Shown: positions 10,502 through 21,402, numbered from the stretch's first letter. The stretch: DNA of 64,000 nucleotides from Nitrosopumilaceae archaeon (GCA_965200155.1 CBDATR010000024.1:448673-512672); one strand, 5' to 3'. Notes: generated from the sequence alone by a model not told the origin. Numbers and translations are program-made.

Positions 10502-10600
10502 GTATGAGTTCACCTGTGTCTAAATTTACGCACAACTGATCGCGACAGTTAAAGAACCGGTTCTTTTGTGCACAAGATTCCGGAAGACGTGAACTCATAC
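10502..10600. mobile_element. MITE (99 bp, with palindromic scar)
   Basis: TIRs; TSD ccttgagc. Confidence 0.92.
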
Positions 10601-10707
10601 CCTTGAGCCCTCCATGTCTGAACGCATGATACGAATGTAGACATGCGGCGCATTGCCCTTTCGCCACCCTTTATCTGGCCACCAATCTTGCGGAATACCA
10701 CTGCGTA

Positions 10708-12162
10708 TCAGAACCGGTTCCACTGCTCCGCTGGATTGTTGGTGGGCTCTACACTGTCATATTCTAAGAATACGAACATGCCTGGTATGGCCTTATTCAA
10801 TCCTTTTACCTTCTTTTGTAGTTCAGTATCATCAACATCACAGTACTGATGCAGAATGGATTCTGCTCCTGTCTCAAATGAGTGTCGTAATTGCGCGGAC
10901 GGCCCGCAGTGATTCAGGGATTCCCGTGCGCTCCGGAACAATCCTTTCAGGTCGTTGTCAAGTTTGATCCGGGCGTCCTGAGCACCGGGATCGATATAGA
11001 ATCCTGCATGTAATGCCTGGGTATCGCGCAATAAATGCGCCCAACACAACTGGTGCTTCCCACCGTCATCAAACCGGCGGTACACAACGTACCTGTCCGT
11101 TACTATCGCTCCCTGGTAACCGTTCAGGTATTTGTTCACTACATTTGAACTCCTACTTTTGTCATATATGGACATCATCCACTCTTCGGCTCGCATCCCC
11201 CATACCCAGCCACGCCTACCCGCCAGTGATATACCAGTTTCGTCCACATGAATGCTGGGTGATTTTATTATATTTTCATGAATTGTTTCCATAAATGATT
11301 CACATGCATCGGCGGCCCTGGCAATTATGTTGTTTACTGCACCCACCGATATATTTAGGCCGAAGAGATCCTTCGAAATTACAGGTATGCGTTTTATTGG
11401 AATCTTTTCTGCGCGTAATGCAGTGATGGCACCGCATAATTGAACCCCAAAACTACCACTCTTTGGGACGCCAGCTGCTGGGGCCAGTTGTTTTTTGCCG
11501 CACATACATGCAGCCATTTCTATCATATGGTGGGCCTCCTCTATTTTGGCTGGTATTAATTCCGTTATGTGTCGTTGTTTCCAACCAATTTTTGTCATCA
11601 TATTGCCGCACTCACATATTGGTGTGTACTCAAAGGTGTGATGCACTACTCTGCCGGGGTTGTGGGAACGGGAAACCCCCTTGTGTCCCTTTTGAGCGCC
11701 AGCCTTTTTGGCTGATTTCGTACTGGCTTCTTTCTGTTGCTTATTATCTCCCTGTTTTCGCTTCTGCTCCTCCTGTTTTCGCTTCTTGTACTGGAGGGAT
11801 TGAAGGGATGGTGGCGAGTGAGCATTCTCATAATATTTAAGTCGCGTTGTGAGTACCACAATTTTCCCCTGTTTTTCTTTTAATTTCTCATTCAATTCAT
11901 TTACATAATTCCTAATAATTTGGAAATCTTGTGTGAGATTTCGTATTTCTTTTATGATGCGGGACACATATGCTTCCAATACTCTCACACGTTCCTTGTA
12001 ATGTGCAAGATCTTTCTTGGTAGACGCAAGCAAGCGACTCATTCGCAGTGTCGCCCCGCCCAAATACTTGTAATGTGCAAGATCTTTCTTGGTAGACGCA
12101 AGGGTATCCTGAAGAAGTTTATTTTCCAGTTCCAATTCCTTATAGGACCGGCGTCTTCTCAT
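10708..12162 (-). CDS. IS66 DDE transposase, C-terminally truncated by a scar
   Basis: Coiled coil, NAHSPPS, GAQKGH, CxC zinc, HVDETG, TDRY, QLCWAHLLR, EPTNNPAE. Confidence 0.9.
   Translation of the reverse strand: MRRRRSYKELELENKLLQDTLASTKKDLAHYKYLGGATLRMSRLLASTKKDLAHYKERVRVLEAYVSRIIKEIRNLTQDFQIIRNYVNELNEKLKEKQGKIVVLTTRLKYYENAHSPPSLQSLQYKKRKQEEQKRKQGDNKQQKEASTKSAKKAGAQKGHKGVSRSHNPGRVVHHTFEYTPICECGNMMTKIGWKQRHITELIPAKIEEAHHMIEMAACMCGKKQLAPAAGVPKSGSFGVQLCGAITALRAEKIPIKRIPVISKDLFGLNISVGAVNNIIARAADACESFMETIHENIIKSPSIHVDETGISLAGRRGWVWGMRAEEWMMSIYDKSRSSNVVNKYLNGYQGAIVTDRYVVYRRFDDGGKHQLCWAHLLRDTQALHAGFYIDPGAQDARIKLDNDLKGLFRSARESLNHCGPSAQLRHSFETGAESILHQYCDVDDTELQKKVKGLNKAIPGMFVFLEYDSVEPTNNPAEQWNRF
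11995..12102 (-). CRISPR. CRISPR-like mini-array inside IS66 transposase (2 identical repeats, one 36-bp spacer, in frame)
   Basis: Repeats 11995-12030 and 12067-12102; unique spacer 12031-12066. Confidence 0.7.
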
Positions 12163-12660
12163 TAGATTCTTATTGCAAATTTGGTATTTAAGTAAAATAT
12201 TGTCATACCAATCTATATCTTAGTGAATGATCAAAACACGTGAACTCATACAAGATGGCCACAAAAGATGGTGCCAAAACCATAATTGAATCACTAGAGC
12301 GGGAGTCGGATATGATGCCAAATACATCACCACTAAATGAGCTTAGAAAGTTCGTCAAGAAGCGTGGTATAGATAGTATGAGCGAATTCCCAATGGGGCG
12401 CAGAGCAGGCAAGCGCGGCAAGCGGGAGATTATACTATCCTATAAAGAAAAAGGGGGCATGTATATTTTGTGACCTATGACAGGAACAAGAAGAAGGCGA
12501 AAGTACCGGATGATGAATCTGAACTTGTCCGGCGATTACAATGTGTCCCTGACACAGAGTCTTATTTGTCGGAAGACGGACCGAAACACAGGGAATCATT
12601 CATGACTTTATTGGAGGTAGACAAGGCCGCTCGTAAGAAAATTATGGAACGAAATGAATT

Positions 12661-12752
12661 GTATGAGTTCACGTCTTCCGGAATCTTGTGCACAAATCAC
12701 ACTAACTGTCGCGATCAGTTATGCGTAAATTTAGACACAGGTGAACTCATAC
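12661..12752. mobile_element. 92-bp MITE
   Basis: TSD aatgaatt. Confidence 0.93.
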
Positions 12753-13360
12753 AATGAATTTACTGCAAAAATGAAGCGTGAGTTGAAGACAAAACGCCGT
12801 AGTAATATTATTGATAAAATCGAGGGTGCAGTATCAGAGGGAGTTGGTGAGGGAGAGATTTCACATGAAACCGGCGAACAAATATTCGAGTTACTTGGTA
12901 CGACAGGGATAAAAGCGTGGGAGGATGTAGTGAAACAAAGATGGGAGGAGTATCAACAGGACAGGGATATCAAAAAAATGACAACATCTCTGATGGAGTT
13001 AAAAGAAGATATTAACACCGAAAAAGAGGAACCGGTCAATAATAGAACCATTCCAGGGGAACTAAAGCTTGTCGGCGCAGTGTTCATTAATGATGTTGCG
13101 GATATCCGTACACAGTTGGGAGCATGAATATGTTATTTGTTGTGCATACGCGCCCTGTAATGGCAGTCCACTGTTGGACTCGATGAACTAACCTTCCTTG
13201 TTGGAGTGTGTAGTGATGGAATGGTTGGGCAGTTGTGTTCCTAGTTGGACTTTTTATAAAAAAAAGTCCTCTGGTAAAACAACCTCTTGTGGGACATTCT
13301 TCTATATCTCCCGTGACTGTATGGTATACGAGTCAGCGCCACACCACCCCCTACATTTTT

Positions 13361-13539
13361 GTATGAGTTCACCTACGTGTAAATTTACGCACAGCGGATC
13401 GCAGAGATTCAAGCACGAATTGAAGGTATGAGTTCACCTGTGTCTAAATTTACGTATAACTGATCGCGACAGTTAATGTGATTTGTGCATAAGATTCCGG
13501 AAGACGTGAACTCATACAATTGAAGACGTGAACTCGTAC
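13361..13539. mobile_element. divergent MITE (about 79 bp) with nested 92-bp MITE at 13426-13517
   Basis: Outer TIRs gtatgagttcac/gtgaactcgtac; inner TSD aattgaag. Confidence 0.85.
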
Positions 13540-13552
13540 CATTCCACATGGA

Positions 13553-14311
13553 CTACCCGGTCAAAATACGTTCCATTTCGTGAAATGATGACACACTGTT
13601 AACACCGGTAATGGGACAGGATGCAGTATACAGGGAAGTACCGCTAAAAGTGGCCAGCCATTCCAAGAGTTTTGCCGCTATACCAAGTTTTTTTAGCTTT
13701 ATTTCCGGATTATTAGTAGACCGCAACGAGACAGGTCCGCCCAAATCCATCCCCAGCATTATGGCGGCGCGTGCACCAAAATGGTGTGCCAAAAAGACTG
13801 CACGATCACCATCAGTGAATCCGCCAATATTGTATACTTTGCCCACAGGCTCATTTTGGGTGGTACCCATGCAGGAGGGAAATCTTTCTACCATGGGCAA
13901 AGCGGGAACATTATCGCCATGTGCATGCACTACGTAAATGGCACTATTCCGGAAATGATTCAGACACTCCATGTCCCCATCCAAGTCAGTGATCACAATA
14001 TGGGGGGCAACACCATTTTCCAGTAACGGTAGAGTGGCAGAGTCAGCTGCAATACATGTTACATCAGGATGGTTACGTAAAACGGGAATCCAGGAATCCA
14101 GGGAAGGCCCTGCACCCACGCAGAATACAATTCTGTCACAGACAAGACCGGACAGGGAATCCAGGGGCGGATCAACCTCTAGCATGTCATTTAGTATAAT
14201 GGCAGCTGCTTGATCCTTTCTAGTATCATAACCAAACTCACTGGCAATATCACGATACCGCGTCATCCAGCCGGGAACTGTCATTGTATCACAAGCAATA
14301 TGTGATGTCAT
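13553..14311 (-). CDS. mptE: 6-hydroxymethyl-7,8-dihydropterin pyrophosphokinase MptE-like
   Basis: GAGPSL, AAD, TDLDG, HAHGDN, GGFTDGDRA. Confidence 0.88.
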   Translation of the reverse strand: MTSHIACDTMTVPGWMTRYRDIASEFGYDTRKDQAAAIILNDMLEVDPPLDSLSGLVCDRIVFCVGAGPSLDSWIPVLRNHPDVTCIAADSATLPLLENGVAPHIVITDLDGDMECLNHFRNSAIYVVHAHGDNVPALPMVERFPSCMGTTQNEPVGKVYNIGGFTDGDRAVFLAHHFGARAAIMLGMDLGGPVSLRSTNNPEIKLKKLGIAAKLLEWLATFSGTSLYTASCPITGVNSVSSFHEMERILTG

Positions 14312-14326
14312 GTATCATAAAATGTC

Positions 14327-15193
14327 ATGCATACACTGGCTGGCATACCAGTAGGGGAGTGCCATCCGCCGCGCATAATGGGAATCATTAACGCCAGTCC
14401 GGAATCATTTCTCAAATCATCAGTCCAGGAGTCATATGATGACATATGCAATACGGCCGCATCCATGGAGGAGCAGGGAGCAGACTACATAGATGTGGGC
14501 GGCATGTCCACCGCCCCATACCTGAAAACTGCAATACCCGAAGAAGACGAGATACGCCGCATAGAGAGAGCCATAGACGCGATCATGTCATCATGCAATT
14601 TGCCCATATCGATTGATACATGCAGGGCGGCAGTCGCGAACGAGGCCCTGGCTCGGGGCGCCACCATACTAAATGATGTGACAGGCCTGCGGCATGACCC
14701 CGGAATGGCCGACATCATATCACGATACAAGCCTGACTTGGTACTGTGCGCCCATGACAGGAATATACGCAGCGGGACACCCCAGGACACACGGGACATA
14801 CTCTCAGACATAGTTGGCGAGGCTCAAAAGTACGGAGCCATTACAGACAGAATGGTCGTGGATCCCTCCATTGGTTTCTTTAGGCAGGGCGGTACCGGTA
14901 ACACGCACACCCGTATACGGGGGAATCAAGTGAGCCGGGACATTTCCATACTTGCAAACATTACAATACTCTCCGGCATGTGGCCAGTCCTGATATCAGT
15001 ATCCAACAAGTCATGCATAGGGGATACACTACAGGGCAGGGAGCCAGCTCATCGTTTGTATGGATCCTTGGCCGCCGAGGCCATAGCCGTATTGGGGGGA
15101 GCCAGCATAATTCGTACCCACAACGTGAATCAAAGCCGGGATGCCGCAATCATGGCAGAAGCCTGCCGCTCCGGGAAAGTGACTAATATATAA
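14327..15193 (+). CDS. folP: dihydropteroate synthase
   Basis: MGIINASPESF, IDVGGMSTAP, ISIDT, NDV, DPSIGF, SNKS, IIRTHNV. Confidence 0.9.
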   Translation: MHTLAGIPVGECHPPRIMGIINASPESFLKSSVQESYDDICNTAASMEEQGADYIDVGGMSTAPYLKTAIPEEDEIRRIERAIDAIMSSCNLPISIDTCRAAVANEALARGATILNDVTGLRHDPGMADIISRYKPDLVLCAHDRNIRSGTPQDTRDILSDIVGEAQKYGAITDRMVVDPSIGFFRQGGTGNTHTRIRGNQVSRDISILANITILSGMWPVLISVSNKSCIGDTLQGREPAHRLYGSLAAEAIAVLGGASIIRTHNVNQSRDAAIMAEACRSGKVTNI

Positions 15194-15215
15194 TTCCCGA
15201 TTCACAATTAAAAAA

Positions 15216-16007
15216 ATGCAAGAAAGGGAGTACCTTGACTGGAACGACTCCCTCAAGACGCTAAATACCGCATACAGGACTAGCCTGTTTACCCTGATAA
15301 TAGGACCAAAGGGTACAGGCAAGACCACACTTGTGCGCCAGTTTGCCCGCAGCGTGGGGGCGCCACTGGATTCCATAAACTTTAGCCTGCGCACAAGGGA
15401 GAGTCACCTTGTGGGCACAAAGACGCTGAATGAGGGGACGGTGGGCTTTACAGAGGGGGTACTGATACGATCCATGAGAGAGGGCGGTATACTGTACCTA
15501 GACGAGATAAACGCCGCCGAGGCTGACGTACTATTGCGTCTGGATGAAGCCCTAGATGATCGGCGCCAAATAGTACTAAAGGAGTCCCAGGGCGAGGTAG
15601 TCCAAGCCAAGAGCGGCTGGTTTGTAGTGGGCACCATAAACCCCCTAACACATTCTGGTACAAAGGAGCTGCCGCCGCAAATACTTAGTAGATTCCCCGT
15701 AAGGATACGGCTGGAGTATCCACCGGAAGACACAGAGTGCGACATTGTGGGAAGGTATGTCTCTGATAATAACCGGGACAGGATTGTTCAAGGAGTCCGG
15801 CTGGCCAACATTCTGCGACAGGCCGCCGCCGTAGAGGAGCTCTTTTACTCACCCAGCATACGGGAGACCATAGCATATGGTATGTTAATGGACAGGGGAG
15901 TCGAGGCTATAGAGGCGGCAACCATTGTCTTTGGGAATGTATATGCGCAGTGGGGTCACATGGAGTATCAAAAGGTAAAAGACATCATAACATCCATGTT
16001 TCAATGA
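15216..16007 (+). CDS. MoxR/CbbQ/NirQ/NorQ AAA+ ATPase
   Basis: GPKGTGKT, LYLDEIN, TINP, SRF. Confidence 0.9.
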   Translation: MQEREYLDWNDSLKTLNTAYRTSLFTLIIGPKGTGKTTLVRQFARSVGAPLDSINFSLRTRESHLVGTKTLNEGTVGFTEGVLIRSMREGGILYLDEINAAEADVLLRLDEALDDRRQIVLKESQGEVVQAKSGWFVVGTINPLTHSGTKELPPQILSRFPVRIRLEYPPEDTECDIVGRYVSDNNRDRIVQGVRLANILRQAAAVEELFYSPSIRETIAYGMLMDRGVEAIEAATIVFGNVYAQWGHMEYQKVKDIITSMFQ

Positions 16008-17563
16008 CCCTGCACGACTCCGCCATGCTGGAGATAGGAACTTTCCTTGCCAGAAGGTGGTCCGGGAACGACTCCATAAGCGTCAGCTTCTCAGACAAGG
16101 TGGGCGCCAGAACCCGGCTCTCGGAGGGCCGTATCATAATACCCACCATACGAAAGCGGCTGGGTGATGACTTTGCCAGATACAGACAGTTTCGCATGGA
16201 CGTATGGTACGAGTCCATGCGCGTGCGCTTCTGTAACAAGATACTAAGCAATGATCACGCCTTTGGTTTCATCCTGAATACTTTGGAGACGCACAGAATA
16301 GAGCGGCTGGGCAGGAAAGTATGGCAGGGCATGGATGAGGAGATAATATTCGCCCACACATACAGGTTCCTGTCCAGGCCGTCACTACCATCAGTGTATG
16401 GCAGAGCCCGCATACTGGAGGCATTTTACCAACATTTCACATTCGGCGCCTTCCGGGGCGAGGTGCAGCCCAGCCAGTTTGAGAGGATACTTCAGGCCTC
16501 AAAGATGTCCAAGAGGGCAGTGGAGAAAGCACTAACCAATGATTACGGCACCACATGGCTGGAGAAGAGTGTTGGAGATATTGTGAAACACCTGGACATA
16601 GACGCCCTGCAAACGGTCCCCGTATCCCTGCCCTTTGTGAGGGAGGATATGCCCGTATCGGAGAATGATGTGACCCGGTTCCTGCGGGTAGTATACAAGA
16701 AGAGGGAGGGCGACTTTGGCAGGATAGATGCAGAAGCCCTGCTGCGGGGCGATGCCATATCCGGTGAGTATCACAGCATAGTGGAAGAAGAACACAAGGA
16801 CCAAAAGCGGGAATCATCTCCGGCCATAGGAGATATCAAGGTGCCCACTCCCAGGGAAATAGACGAGTCTGTTATATATGACATGGACCTGATAAGCGGC
16901 CTCAAGACGCGATTCCGGGCATGGAGGAGAGGGTATAAGGAGACATATCACCACACAGGCGAGGAGTTTGATACGGAGAACTATATTGATGGATATGACC
17001 CATTCTACAGGGACCGGCGGCAGTCAATAAAGACCAAGATAATCATTCTACTTGATCACTCCTCCAGCATATCTCCGGATGCACTAGGATACAAAAAGGC
17101 CACCTTGGGCCTCTGCGAGGTAATGTCGTATCTGGGCGTTCGCTTTGCCGTATACGCCTTTAATACTCAGGAGAGAGCGGTAGTGTGCTGGCTCATAAAA
17201 CCCCACAGTAATCAGTGGGGCCGGACCCATGCAAAACGACTGGCACAGGTGGTAGCCAATGGCTCTACCCCCCTGGCCCAGGTATACCAAAAGATGCTTC
17301 CCGCCCTGGAATCATGGAGGCCGGACATATTTCTGACGCTGACCGACGGTGAGCCCTCGGACTCTGCTTCCGTTCGGGAAACCCTAAGAACCGTCAGAAG
17401 ACAGGGCGTCAAGGCAGTAGCCATGGGCCTGGGTCCGGGAACCTTCAGGGCAACCCAGATAGCTGCCAACCTAAAGCGCCTGGGTTATGACCGTACCCTG
17501 GCTATAAGCCGACTCTCGGACATACCAGGCAAGGTACTGGGCATACTGGACGGCGATGCATGA
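16004..17563 (+). CDS. VWA-domain (NorD/CobT-like) partner protein
   Basis: LLDHSSS MIDAS, GSTPL, LTDGEP; ATGA overlap with the ATPase gives start 16004. Confidence 0.85.
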   Translation: MTLHDSAMLEIGTFLARRWSGNDSISVSFSDKVGARTRLSEGRIIIPTIRKRLGDDFARYRQFRMDVWYESMRVRFCNKILSNDHAFGFILNTLETHRIERLGRKVWQGMDEEIIFAHTYRFLSRPSLPSVYGRARILEAFYQHFTFGAFRGEVQPSQFERILQASKMSKRAVEKALTNDYGTTWLEKSVGDIVKHLDIDALQTVPVSLPFVREDMPVSENDVTRFLRVVYKKREGDFGRIDAEALLRGDAISGEYHSIVEEEHKDQKRESSPAIGDIKVPTPREIDESVIYDMDLISGLKTRFRAWRRGYKETYHHTGEEFDTENYIDGYDPFYRDRRQSIKTKIIILLDHSSSISPDALGYKKATLGLCEVMSYLGVRFAVYAFNTQERAVVCWLIKPHSNQWGRTHAKRLAQVVANGSTPLAQVYQKMLPALESWRPDIFLTLTDGEPSDSASVRETLRTVRRQGVKAVAMGLGPGTFRATQIAANLKRLGYDRTLAISRLSDIPGKVLGILDGDA

Positions 17564-17694
17564 GGTAACCGTTTAGGTCAGCCCTAGACAATCATTCAAA
17601 ATACACCGCGAACATCTGTGTCTTTTATGCTACCCACGATTACATGCATGAGCCCTGCAACGTTATAATGGAGTGATCAAGAGTCATTTGAGCA

Positions 17695-20600
17695 ATGGCC
17701 ATTCCGGTTAAGTTTGATGTCAAGGGCATAGAGAAACAAGTAAGGGATAACCTGAATCTCAAAGAGACTAGACGTGTAATAGCGGAATCTGGCCGCCCCG
17801 CCATATCGTTCATAGAGGGACCGCCTACGCTGAATGGCAACCCACATGCAGGGCATCTTCGGGGAAGGGTGATCAAGGATTTGTGGTACCGGTATAATAC
17901 GCTGGCAGGAAAGAATGTGGCCTTTCAGGGTGGATGGGATACGCAGGGGCTGCCCGTGGAACTGCAAGCCGAGAAGGAGCTGGGAATCACAAAATCCCAG
18001 ATAAAAGATGAAGCAGGGGTGGAGAACATGGTAGCCACATGCAAGGATATAGTGAAGAGATACAACAGGCAGTGGGAGGAGGTTGATGCCCTCATGGGCA
18101 TGTCCATGGATCATTCCAGGTCATACTGGACATACAGGGACAGTTACATAGAGAGGGAGTGGGACATACTCAGAAAAGCCCAAGAGTCAGGGATACTGGA
18201 GGATGACTATACTGTAATAGGATACTGCCCCGGGTGCCAAACCTCGCTTAGTCATGCGGAGGTGAACCAGGGGTACGAGATGGTCCGGGATCCCTCGCTG
18301 TACTACAAGGTACTATTGCAAGATGAGGATATCTATCTGGTGGTCTGGACTACCATGCCATTCACGCTGGTCACCGACGCCATGGTAGGCCTGCATCCAC
18401 ATGAGGACTATGCAATAGTACAGGTAGGGAGTGAGAAATGGGTCATTGCCAAGCGGAGACTGGAGGAGTTCATGGAGGAGGTGAGGACACCAGAGTATCA
18501 TGTACTAGACACGGTGAAGGGATCACACTTTGAGGGCAAAAAGTATGTGCATCCATTACTGGAGGAGATACCGCACCTGGCTTCTCTGGCAGCATCAGAC
18601 AATTACCATACGGCCGTGGCAGAATCCTTTGTCGATGTGAATACGGGCAGCGGGCTTGTTCACCTAGCCCCGGCCAACGGCGAGGAGGACATTGCCATAG
18701 CCAAGAGAAGAAATGTCAGAATATTCTGCCCCATGGACGAGCAGGTACGCTTTACTAAAGAGGCGGGCGCGTATAGTGGGATGTTCGTCCGGGACGCGGA
18801 TGAAAGAATAGTGGAGAATCTCAGAGAGAGAGGCGCCCTGGTCAAGGTGGGACGGATAAAGCACAAGTACCCGCTATGCTGGAGATCCCGTCACCCCATA
18901 GTGTGGCTGGCCCGGAGGGGCTGGTTCTACAAGCTGGATAGGATGGGGGACGCTGTAATTAATGCCGCGAGTGCAGTCCGGTACTTTTTTGACTCACCAA
19001 AGAACAGGTTCCTTGGAATAGTCAGCGAGAGGCACCCCTGGTGCATATCCCGGGAGAGATACTGGGGATGCCCCATACCCGTCTGGAGTTGTAATGACTG
19101 CCAGGCCAAGACATGGTGCTATAGTCGCGCCGAGATATGCAGGGCAGCCAAGAATCTCCCCGATGGGCCAAACTTTGAGCTACACAGACCCTGGATAGAC
19201 AGAATCAGCGTGAAATGCTCAGAATGTGGCCGTTACAACACCAAAAGAGAGCAGTTCGTACTGGATACATGGCACAATAGCGGCGCCGCCCCCTTTGCAT
19301 CCCAGAGTGACTTGGCATATAATGAAACCATACCGGCTCCCTTCTTTACTGAGGGGATTGATCAGACCAGGGGATGGGCGTATACCTTACTGGTGGAGAA
19401 TGTCATTCTGGATGGCAAATCCCCCTACAACTCATTTCTGTTCCAAGGACACGTACTGGACGAGAAGGGCGGCAAGATGAGCAAGAGTCAGGGAAACGTA
19501 ATAGATGCCAAACAGCTGTTAACAGAGCACCCGGCGGATCTAGTACGGCTGTATTTCATGTGGAAGGCCAGTCCCGTAGAAGCTCTAAACTTTAACCCCC
19601 AGGAGATGATGTCAAGACCATACCAGATACTGAGTACATTATACAACCTGCACCTGTTCTACATGCAGAATGCAGAATACGACAAACATGACGTAACGCA
19701 GGATGTGAAATGGACCGCCGGACATGGGTTCTTGGAACCGCCGGACATTTGGCTTCTCTCCAAGCTGCAGAGGGTCACAGAAGTGGTTACAGAAAAGTGC
19801 GAGGCCTGCAAGTTCCATGAAGCGGCCAAGGCAATAGATGATTTTGTCATTAACGTACTCAGCCAGTCCTATGTGCAGAGTATCAGGAATGAATTGTGGG
19901 AGGAGTCCGAGAGTGATAGGCGCGACACCATATATGCGGTATTAAGGCATGTACTCCTGTGCATAGATATAATGCTGCACCCCTTTTGTCCATTTACTAC
20001 CCAGTACCTGTATCACAGTATATCCGGGGGCACGATACTGCTGCAAGCTTGGCCCAAGCCCGACACCTCCCTGATAGATTATGACATGGAAGAAGACTTT
20101 GACTCCATGAGGACTATACTATCGGTAGCCTCGGCCGCAAGAGCCAAGGCTAGACTCAAGAGGCGCTGGCCCCTGGAGCGGGCCATAGTTGTGGTACCGC
20201 CGGGCAAAGAATCGGTGGCAAGGTTGCGGGAACGGCTACAAAATCAGATGAACGTGGAGGCCATAGATGACATTAAAGTATGTACGGACAAGGGGGACTT
20301 GGAGACATTAAATGATTTAATGAAACTGAACATGCCTATCACCCCCAAGATAGAGATGAACATGAATCGCATAGGGCCCCGCATAAAGAGTGGTATGGGA
20401 GCCCTTCGAAAGGCATTTGCGCAGACCATTCCACAAGACATACTGGACTCGCTTGCAGAGGGCGGACACGGGTTCGATACAGGTAGTGATGGCACGATGC
20501 TGTACCGGGAGGACTTTGTCTTCGGGTATGAACCCCAGGAGGGGTTCCAGGTGGCATCCCGGGACGGATACATTGTATTTGTATCCACCACGCAAAGCGA

Positions 20601-20862
20601 GACAACCAGGGCACGATGGCTGCTCCGGGATGTGGTTAGACGGATACAGAGTCTTAGAAAGGAGAGGGGTCATAACCCCACACAGATACTTGATGTGGCG
20701 CATGTAATAGGCCTGGATGCCTGCGCCCAGCAGATAGCTGCCTCGGGCCAGTATGACCTGGCATCCGCGGTTCGGGTCAAAAGTCTGGTCTTTGAGGAGG
20801 CAGACAGGGAGTACCAAGATACGGATATCGATGGCACCGCCATAAGGATAGACATTGAGTGA
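17695..20862 (+). CDS. ileS: isoleucine--tRNA ligase
   Basis: EGPPTLNG.PHAGH, GWDTQGLP, WTT, WCISR, EGIDQTRGW, KMSKS. Confidence 0.97.
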   Translation: MAIPVKFDVKGIEKQVRDNLNLKETRRVIAESGRPAISFIEGPPTLNGNPHAGHLRGRVIKDLWYRYNTLAGKNVAFQGGWDTQGLPVELQAEKELGITKSQIKDEAGVENMVATCKDIVKRYNRQWEEVDALMGMSMDHSRSYWTYRDSYIEREWDILRKAQESGILEDDYTVIGYCPGCQTSLSHAEVNQGYEMVRDPSLYYKVLLQDEDIYLVVWTTMPFTLVTDAMVGLHPHEDYAIVQVGSEKWVIAKRRLEEFMEEVRTPEYHVLDTVKGSHFEGKKYVHPLLEEIPHLASLAASDNYHTAVAESFVDVNTGSGLVHLAPANGEEDIAIAKRRNVRIFCPMDEQVRFTKEAGAYSGMFVRDADERIVENLRERGALVKVGRIKHKYPLCWRSRHPIVWLARRGWFYKLDRMGDAVINAASAVRYFFDSPKNRFLGIVSERHPWCISRERYWGCPIPVWSCNDCQAKTWCYSRAEICRAAKNLPDGPNFELHRPWIDRISVKCSECGRYNTKREQFVLDTWHNSGAAPFASQSDLAYNETIPAPFFTEGIDQTRGWAYTLLVENVILDGKSPYNSFLFQGHVLDEKGGKMSKSQGNVIDAKQLLTEHPADLVRLYFMWKASPVEALNFNPQEMMSRPYQILSTLYNLHLFYMQNAEYDKHDVTQDVKWTAGHGFLEPPDIWLLSKLQRVTEVVTEKCEACKFHEAAKAIDDFVINVLSQSYVQSIRNELWEESESDRRDTIYAVLRHVLLCIDIMLHPFCPFTTQYLYHSISGGTILLQAWPKPDTSLIDYDMEEDFDSMRTILSVASAARAKARLKRRWPLERAIVVVPPGKESVARLRERLQNQMNVEAIDDIKVCTDKGDLETLNDLMKLNMPITPKIEMNMNRIGPRIKSGMGALRKAFAQTIPQDILDSLAEGGHGFDTGSDGTMLYREDFVFGYEPQEGFQVASRDGYIVFVSTTQSETTRARWLLRDVVRRIQSLRKERGHNPTQILDVAHVIGLDACAQQIAASGQYDLASAVRVKSLVFEEADREYQDTDIDGTAIRIDIE

Positions 20863-21313
20863 TGACATGAAATGCCTCTCGGTATGCCAACCCTTTGCTG
20901 ACTTGATAGTGTCCGGGCGCAAGACCATAGAGCTCAGAGGATGGAGTACGCGATACCGGGGTCACGTACTTGTGCATGCGCCCATAATGGTACGATGGGA
21001 CGACTGCGCCAGGCTGGGTATCACAGACCCCGTAACAGGTGCAATACTGGGCCGGGTTACCCTGGCAGATGTAAAGAGATATGAAAGCGCCGATGAAGTA
21101 CGGCAGGACGCATTGCTGCACCTGGCGGGCAGGGACTTTGAGACCAAACGATACGGCTTTGTACTACAGGACCCCATACCTTTCCGGTTCCCCATAGCCC
21201 AGAAGGGGAGGCTGGGATTATTTGAGGTAGAACCCCACGATATGGATTCGGATTCGCTGGTGCGGGATATAATGGAGGACAATCACCGGTACCGGCTGGT
21301 GGGCCATCACTGA
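20855..21313 (+). CDS. ASCH-domain protein
   Basis: LSV.QPFA.LIV.G.KTIELR motif. Confidence 0.88.
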   Translation: MSDDMKCLSVCQPFADLIVSGRKTIELRGWSTRYRGHVLVHAPIMVRWDDCARLGITDPVTGAILGRVTLADVKRYESADEVRQDALLHLAGRDFETKRYGFVLQDPIPFRFPIAQKGRLGLFEVEPHDMDSDSLVRDIMEDNHRYRLVGHH

Positions 21314-21402
21314 GATATGTCAGAGCATTACTGTAATCACTACTAATTAGTATGGGTAATGTTCCATGCCGGTATATATATGGTATTAATAAAGTGCACA
21401 TA

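Larger units (their letters stand above)
10394..12251 (-). mobile_element. IS66-family element, full length
   Basis: 24-bp TIRs and perfect 8-bp TSD aagatggc. Confidence 0.93.
10269..13127 (+). pseudogene. charged hypothetical gene disrupted by IS66 and a MITE
   Basis: Frame ...TKIRKMA|TKDGAK... rejoins across the IS TSD; ...MERNE|FTAK... rejoins across the MITE; probable frameshift near 12450. Confidence 0.55.

Noticed and set aside
12661-12757. Many small ORFs containing YEFTSSGILCTNH...DTGELI or MSSPVSKFTHN
   Set aside because: These are translations of the MITE, not genes.
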